This document shows positions 55,290-64,000 of a stretch of DNA of 64,000 nucleotides, one piece after another (the stretch's first letter is position 1; the number at the start of each line of letters is the position of its first letter). The translations under genes and the position numbers were made by a program. The notes below the pieces were generated by a model that was not told the DNA's origin, did not search any database, and worked only from the letters and a program-made list of their open reading frames with translations. Source of the DNA: the human T2T-CHM13v2.0 reference genome, Homo sapiens; assembly GCF_009914755.1 (NCBI RefSeq), contig NC_060926.1; one strand, given 5' to 3'.

Positions 55290-56100
55290 GTGAAATGTAT
55301 AAACATAAAAATAAATAACAAATAAATATACATTTTACCAAATAATTATGAAGTGAACTCCCATGTCACTCCTACATGGGTCAAGAAATAAAACATTGCA
55401 GCATCCCAGAAATAGTGCAGATACCTTCATCCTGACTTTTGTGGCAGTCACTTTCTTGCTTTTCTTTAGAGTTTTACTGCCTGTTTTCATCCCTAATGCT
55501 TCATGTATTATTTTGTATTTTGCTTCTCAAGTCCAGCATTTTAAGAGTTTTCTGTGGTGTGTATAGCTGTCTGTTGTTCATTTTTATTATTTATTTGTTT
55601 CACTTTTATAAATGCACAAATGAATGAATATACTATACTTTAGTTCTCCATTCTGTGTTGATGAACATTTAGTTTGTTTTCATTTTTTGGCTGTTAGGAA
55701 CCATGCTGCTATGAATATTCTTGTATATGTAACCTAGTGCACATTTGTACCTCTTTCTGTAAGGCCTGTACATAAGTAGAAAATTTGCTAAGTCATAGGG
55801 GATCTTATCATTGTTACCAAATAATGTCAGACTGTTTTCTAAAATGGCTGAACTAGTAAATTCTACCATCAGTATTATGTATATAAGAATTTTATTGTAC
55901 CATATTTCACCAACACTTGGTATTATCAGACTTTTTGCTTTTATCTGTTCTGGTGGGTGTGACCTGCTATATTAGCATGGTTTTAATTTGCATTTCCCCA
56001 GATTACAAGTGGAATCTAGCACATTTTTGTACATTTGTTGGACATGGATTTCCTTTTTTTGTGATGTGCCACTTCAATTCTTTGCCCATTTTTTAGGAGT
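55290..56100 (-). mobile_element. Old L1M (L1ME-like) fragment
   Basis: Degenerate antisense L1 3' motifs (tgctgctatgaatattcttg, catggttttaatttgcattt). Confidence 0.65.
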
Positions 56101-56723
56101 CATTGTTTACTTAACAGATAGACTGGAGGTAGAGGTCCTCATGGTGCATGAATTTAACAAGGTCACCAAAGACCCAGATAATTTCTGCCCCTCCATCCTG
56201 TAACCCTTAGCATGTTGATTTTTTGTCCTTATGCTTTGTGAACTCATGATTGTAAAGTGGATACAAAAGCTACACATTCAAAGGTAGGAAGTAAGGATAG
56301 GAGCAAAAGGTCTTCTCCCTGTCAGTCTCTAACCTTTTATCCAGAAAACAAAATCCTCCCAGCCACTCCCTAGCCAGCTTCTCCTCACATCTTCACAGCC
56401 CAGGGGCCACTTTTAACTCTAGGAAGACGAGAAGGGGGAATGGATAGGAAAGTGGGCGTCGAGAATGGGAGTACCAAGAATAGATGAGACAGCAGTCATG
56501 ATCCACCTTTCAGGGCTGGGCACTTTGCTGTTCCAAACAAAACTGTGATCCTCTTAGCAAAGAAGGAGGAGGTTATCACCTACCAATGATATATGATCAA
56601 ATGTTTTTGTTTAGAAAGAAAGATAATATTTTAAAAATTTGAATCAATGTGGACCGAATCGTTTTGATTTTTTGAGCTTGATTCCTCCTGTCTGGTCTGT
56701 TTGTTTTCTTTACACATGTTCAG

Positions 56724-56843
56724 TGATGTGTTCTGTGGATTCTTACTCTGTACCAATCTTACTCGAGCTCCACGTATTGGTCAACTTCAGGGTGAGATCA
56801 TTCCAACTTCCTTCTACCATCAAGGCCGGGTGATTGACTGCAG
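56724..56843 (+). CDS. ADAM23: ADAM23 exon ~22 (HDVFCGFLLCTNLTRAPRIGQLQGEIIPTSFYHQGRVIDC)
   Basis: gttcag|TGATGTG ... CTGCAG|gtaaca; 120 nt. Confidence 0.96.
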
Positions 56844-57959
56844 GTAACATATTAAATATTAGAAGACCTAATAAGCCATGAGAATTACAAATTTCACAAA
56901 ATGAAATTTCAAAAAAATCAGAAATCAAAGATTTTTCTAGTTTTTACAAGAGGAAAGTTAATTTAGATTTTATTATCACCTTTCATATTGACAGTCACTT
57001 AAAAAGAAACAAAGTTGTATATTGACTTGCAGCTTACATTTGCTCAAAATTATACTAGTTAGTAGTAATATGGCCTTCTTTGTCATCATAATTTTAGGAG
57101 TAGAATTATGGTGTTCATTCTAACCCATTATTAAAGTTTTAAGCATTAGAGTATGCCACTATTTTGAACACTGTGTGTGTATTTATTTTGTGACTGAAAA
57201 GAAAAAGAATTTAAGCTATAGTTTATGAAGTGTATGTCTGGTTTGGAAGATGGCTTAACAAGTACCTAATCATATATAGAAAATATTTATTAAAATAGTA
57301 TGTATACCGATAAGCAAACATTTGATATCCAGTTGTCTGTGAGTACAAGGCATGTAGATATGAGGCTTATTTTTGTTTAGTCGGGGAGTCATATTATATT
57401 CCAAATAGGTATTGTTCCCTTCAAAGTAGTTATAATTCGAAGATACTATTCTCTTACTCAATGGTATTGTTGTTGCTCAAAACACTTTTGGGCTTCCCCC
57501 TGCAGAATTGCCTTCAGCGTCTGCAAACTTTTACTTTTAGTATCCTTAGAGTACCATATCTTCACCTTAAGTGAGGTAATATAAGATTTGGGATTATCCA
57601 AAAGTAATTTTAGTAAATTCATTGGGTACTAAATTGGCTAATGCTGTCTCAGTCAAATGGTTACTTTTTTTTTTCTTGCTTTTAAATGGCTCTGAAGACA
57701 ATTCTAACAGGGTCTTAGTAAGATCCCTCCTGGAATAAATTTGTAGTCTCTAAAGCTAGTTACTTTGACGTATACAAGCTTTATTTGAATGTGTGTTTTC
57801 ATGCCTTTAGATAAAATAGCCTTGTTAAATTATATTGTTGTATATACTAAACTAGCATATTTGTTAAATATTCAGCAAGATATTCTATTAGTGACTATAG
57901 CATTATCATTCAAATTCAAATTATACCTAACTTTGAAATTTTAGAAGTAAGCACTAAAA

Positions 57960-58343
57960 CACATGAAATAATCTTATGAAACCACTGTCATATATGTGGT
58001 CTGTCATTGACTGAAATTTTTTACACAATGGTAAGTACTTGCCTATCTGAACGTATCTAAACATAGAAAAGTCATACTGCCCCTTTTCTATGTTTAGATA
58101 CGTTTAGATAGGCAAGTACTTACCATTGTGTTATAATTGCCCACAGTTTGCAGTACAGTATAATATGCTATACAGAAGTGTAGCCCAGGAGCAATAGACT
58201 AGACCATCTAGCAGTGTAGGTGTATAGTAGGCTATACCATCCAAGTTTGTGTAAGCTCATTCTATGACATTTGCACAAAGACAAAATTGACTAATGACAC
58301 AATTCTTAGAATATTATCCCCATCATTAAGCTAGGCATGTCTG
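57960..58343 (+). mobile_element. Tigger3a/MER7-like element with rearranged 5' end
   Basis: 58075-58343 follows the recalled consensus to ...gcatgtctg|TA; 57968-58017 is the 5' part inverted. Confidence 0.8.
58023..58131. repeat. 49-bp inverted repeat, 11-nt loop
   Basis: Arms 58023-58071 and 58083-58131 are reverse complements at 48 of 49 positions. Confidence 0.97.
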
Positions 58344-58843
58344 TAAATATCAATAGAAAATAACTGATTTGTTTATGTTTTTCAATTATGGATAATCAGA
58401 TCTTCTGAAGTAAGAATAATAATTTTCAAAATATTTTTCATTTGCTGTTTTTGTTCATCATCTGCTTTTTTCTACCATGCTACATCTGAAAGCCTTGGAG
58501 AGCTAATGATATATTTGCTTCTTTTGTTCTCATATAGATACTTCTCTCCTTTAGTCTTAATGTTGGGTCTTGAAAACACGTGAAGATTTAGAATATACTT
58601 TGTGCAAATGACATTTTTCTTGTTGATGTGTACTGTAATAATGATAATGAAAGAGTGTTTCTTTTTCATGCTCTTTTATTAAGGAAAGGTAGGGAAAGGG
58701 GAAGAAGAAGAGGAGTAAGAAAATGCTAGGAGAAATCCACATCCACTGACAGCCTCTTCGGTTTTGTGAAGAGCAAGCCTCATTCATGGAATGATGTTCT
58801 AAGTGTGGTGCAAATAGTTATATGGGTATCTTTCTTGTTTTAG

Positions 58844-59012
58844 TGGTGCCCATGTAGTTTTAGATGATGATACGGATGTGGGCTATGTAGAAGATGGAAC
58901 GCCATGTGGCCCGTCTATGATGTGTTTAGATCGGAAGTGCCTACAAATTCAAGCCCTAAATATGAGCAGCTGTCCACTCGATTCCAAGGGTAAAGTCTGT
59001 TCGGGCCATGGG
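58844..59012 (+). CDS. ADAM23: ADAM23 exon ~23 (SGAHVVLDDDTDVGYVEDGTPCGPSMMCLDRKCLQIQALNMSSCPLDSKGKVCSGHG)
   Basis: ttttag|TGGTGCC ... CATGGG|gtaagt; 169 nt; VxDGTxCG motif. Confidence 0.96.
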
Positions 59013-59047
59013 GTAAGTAGGTATCAATGTGACAGCTGGAACCTTCA

Positions 59048-59328
<281 letters not shown>

Positions 59329-60154
59329 TCACAATCATGGTATTAGAATATTTCAGATTAAAAAGCTTCCTTGTTTGATTTTATCATCTCTGAATGTGTT
59401 TCTCAGGGAGATAAGGGTTTAAACACTCCTGTCTCTAGTTTGCTCATTGTTATTTATTTCCTCTAGATTACAGTTCCATTCCAGCATGCTGGTGGGTCCC
59501 TGGAGAAACAGGGAGGAGACAGAGATCACTCTGGGGTCCTCAGCTTGGCTGACTGAGAAAAGAGGGTTACCAAGGACTAGGGGTGTGGGGGTGTGGTGGG
59601 GGGGAATCCTTGTTGGGCAGGGAAAGTGCCACCAAGTGAGTTTGGTGTTGGACGTGGTAACGGTGAGGTCATACAAGGCACTGGTGATTTATGTCTCCTG
59701 GCCTTTTATCTCCAGCAGTGCTTTTGAGCCCACTGTCTATTAATTTATTGAAGTAAGTGTATATGTTTTTAAAGTGGGTTCCTAGAAACAGTTACTTCTG
59801 AACAAAGTAGAAAAAAGTATCTTATCAGACATTTGTATACTTATGTAATATCATGATTCAATTTAATTTAAGAATAACATGAATAATTCAATTTAAGAAT
59901 AATAATAAATAAGATAAATAATTGAAGAATTTCTTCCTTTTACTCTTTTTCTTTAATTAATGGGAAAAAATGTTACACAATTTGATCTATGCATTATTAC
60001 CTTGTGTCTAGTGATCAAGACCATGGGAAACTTTAAAAAGAAATTCCAAATAGCTTTTAAAGCTTCCTCCCTGCCCCCGTGTCTCTTTTACATTTATCAC
60101 TATTATTCTACAAAATACAGTGAAAATGCCATATCTGTTCCTTTTTCTTCACAG

Positions 60155-60266
60155 GTGTGTAGTAATGAAGCCACCTGCATTTGTGATTTCACCTGGGCAG
60201 GGACAGATTGCAGTATCCGGGATCCAGTTAGGAACCTTCACCCCCCCAAGGATGAAGGACCCAAGG
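60155..60266 (+). CDS. ADAM23: ADAM23 exon ~24, EGF-like domain (VCSNEATCICDFTWAGTDCSIRDPVRNLHPPKDEGPK)
   Basis: tcacag|GTGTGT ... CCAAGG|gtttgt; 112 nt; CxC..W.G..C EGF pattern; weak donor. Confidence 0.94.
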
Positions 60267-61003
60267 GTTTGTGTGATTTTGGTTTCAATTCATGGAATAC
60301 TGAATTCGTTGACACTGTTCCAATGCACCAGTATAACATTCTAATTGACTTAAGAGGAGACACATAAGAATATCTGTTTTTGCCTTTAAAGTATATAATT
60401 TATGTTACTGCCAAATTAAGGATTCTGATATATCATATTTTTAAAATGTGTTTGAATTACTTCTTAGTCTAGAACTGAGATTGGGAAGAAGTAAATATAC
60501 ACATTTTCTTTAATACAGTATTCTTTTTCTCTTTAAACCTTATTCTCTTTCTGTAGTCACAAATTATTTTGCAGTTCGTCTAAGCTATGCCATTTTTCTA
60601 ATAGATCAAATCTTTTTGGCTGACATGAGGCTCTGGTTACTTTTCAATGTTGGAATCTCTCCGGAAGGAAGTTGTCACCTTACAAGCTCTTTTTGAACAT
60701 TCTTTTGACTAGGAAGGAGTTGGAATTCTTCATAGAACTTTCATTCTTCAAAGAAAATGTGAGAGATCTGGACCTTTGTTTTAATCAGTCATTAAGAGGA
60801 GAGAAATTAGAATTTTGGGATTAGAAAGAGACTCAGGGGCCACCTAGGACCACTCTCTATTTTCGCAGATGAGAAGGCCCAGAACCTGAGGTCAGGTCAC
60901 TTACTATAGTCACCCAGGTAGTGAGAGACAAGGCCAGGATCAGGACCTAAGTCCTAAGTGCCTGATCTCAGACTCTTGTTCTCTTCCCATCCATTATATC
61001 ATC

Positions 61004-61565
<562 letters not shown>

Positions 61566-62716
61566 TCTTACATCATCTTATAATGTAGTCTGTGTTATCA
61601 GGAGTATGGTAATCATTTTTCATTATTCTCCCGATTCTCAACCCCTCATACAATTTTCAAAGATCTAGAAAACCCATCAGTCACAAACAGGCCTACTACA
61701 GCATCTGTTACATTGTACCTAAGAAACCAAGGAAATACTAGAACCAGTTTTTATATACAGGGATGACGTTGTACATCAGCTTCTTTATCATGGTACTGCT
61801 AACAGTTTTTTTGTAACTGCCGTGCTTTTCTCTGACAGGTAGGAAAATGCATATAGGATTAGTACCATTTAGATCAGCTTAGTTTTGGATGAAAGTTTAT
61901 TGAAACTCTCTGAACTTCAGTATAGTTTATATGGGAAAAGATGATTTCAGATGCAGATGAAGCTCTGTAGTCCTCAATTCCTGAAGAGATTTAGGCTGAT
62001 TCAGGCGCATGTGAATTGTTCAGTAATAGTGGGTGTGTTAAAACACATTTTATGCATTTGCTTAATATGCCCATGATATTAAAATTCTGTAAGAATCATA
62101 ATCACACCCTCACAGTCTATTTCTGTTCTCCTTCTTCTATTTCTAAAAGGGAACGTATTCCACTTTTACACTTAGTCTTTTGTTACTTTAAAACTAGAAC
62201 AAAAAATTCTTGGATCCACCTTCTGAAGTTAGATTTAGAGAAGATTTAAGCTCTAACAAGAGAAGCCAAGGTTCATTCTTTCCAAATTTTCTCTCCACAG
62301 TGTTTCTGTGATTTTTTTTTTAAGATCTAGATGCTATTTCCTCAAGTGATGTATAAAGATGCCTCAACGGATGAGCAGAGCTAAATTTACTTAGACTCTG
62401 CCTTTTTTTCTTTAAGTAGAGTAGGGGGTTATTAATTGTCTGGTTCTGTAATATCTATTCCCTGTTCCTTCACCCACCCATGCCTAAAAATCTTTGGAGG
62501 CATTAAGTAAAGAAAGTCACATTCTAGAGAAAGAGTACTCACAGCTGCCTTTTGTTTTGTTTTGCTTTACTCTCTCCATTTAATGTGGTAGTATCCCACA
62601 CTACCTTTAAAAAAAAATAACTTTTTTGATCCTTCAAGTAATACATACTTATTGTAGAAAAATTTGAAAATACGGAAAATATTAAAACTCAGAGGTGCTC
62701 AAGATAAGCCTTATTG

Positions 62717-63444
<728 letters not shown>

Positions 63445-64000
63445 CTAATAATTTTGATTAAATTGAAAATGTCATTAAATGAAATAAATGACCTAGTTAT
63501 TTTTATAAATATTTACATTTCCAGAAAATTCAAGCAATTTTAGTACAAGTAAATAATAGCTTTTATCTGTAATAGCTATCTATATCTTTTTAACCTCTAT
63601 TTAAAAAATCTATTAATATACTGGTAAAACAGAAACTAAAAAATTTTAAAACTTTGTTGTAGATTTTATTATTTTGTTTTTGATTGTCAGGTTAAAAGAA
63701 GATTCCAAGTGAGAAATTATGTGCTTTTCGTTTTATTCAGTTAGCAAATATTTATTGACTGTCTACTATTTAAAAGATAGCGTATGCTTGGCACACAGAC
63801 ACTCCATAAATATTACACTCTTCTCTTTTGAAATATGCAAAGGAAATGAGATGGTGCATGCTAGTGCCACTTTTCAGTTTATCCATATTCATTTGTTTTG
63901 TTGCCTTGCCGACGAGTAATAGGTAATGGACTCAAGTTATTAAAACAATCAGTGTTTTACTTACTGTAGGCTCAGCAGTGTGTGAGACACTAAGATTTTT

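Noticed and set aside
59580-59623. G-rich runs with G-quadruplex potential (also 549-589)
   Set aside because: Common motif; the first lies in an L1 3'UTR and there is no functional evidence.
59855-59905. Short AT-rich tandem duplications (also near 24901-24935 and 30335-30370)
   Set aside because: Ordinary slippage products in low-complexity DNA.

Overview
Primate, most likely human, AT-rich genomic DNA from inside the ADAM23 (MDC3) gene on the + strand. I traced 20 consecutive GT-AG coding exons (6177-60266; probably exons 5-24, numbering from recall). They splice in frame into 1786 nt (595 codons + 1 nt) covering the prodomain end, RRKR furin site, catalytically dead metalloprotease-like domain, disintegrin (AVNECD loop), Cys-rich and EGF-like domains. 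The 5' exons and the TM/cytoplasmic exons lie outside the window. Introns hold about 20 Alus, a near full-length antisense L1PB, a young L1PA fragment, a MaLR LTR, Tigger/MADE1/MER63 DNA-transposon relics, L2s and microsatellites; most ORF-track entries are repeat-derived or spurious. Best leads: (1) a 49-bp inverted repeat at 58023-58131 that is fully paired as RNA, made by rearrangement of a Tigger3 element; (2) a candidate in-frame 18-nt microexon (51824-51841) within a duplicated hairpin module near an RBFOX-motif cluster; (3) a weak donor at the last ectodomain exon whose read-through would give a secreted ADAM23; (4) a MADE1 hairpin carrying a miR-548-5p sequence. All are hypotheses from reading the sequence; repeat family names are from recalled consensus sequences and repeat boundaries are approximate.
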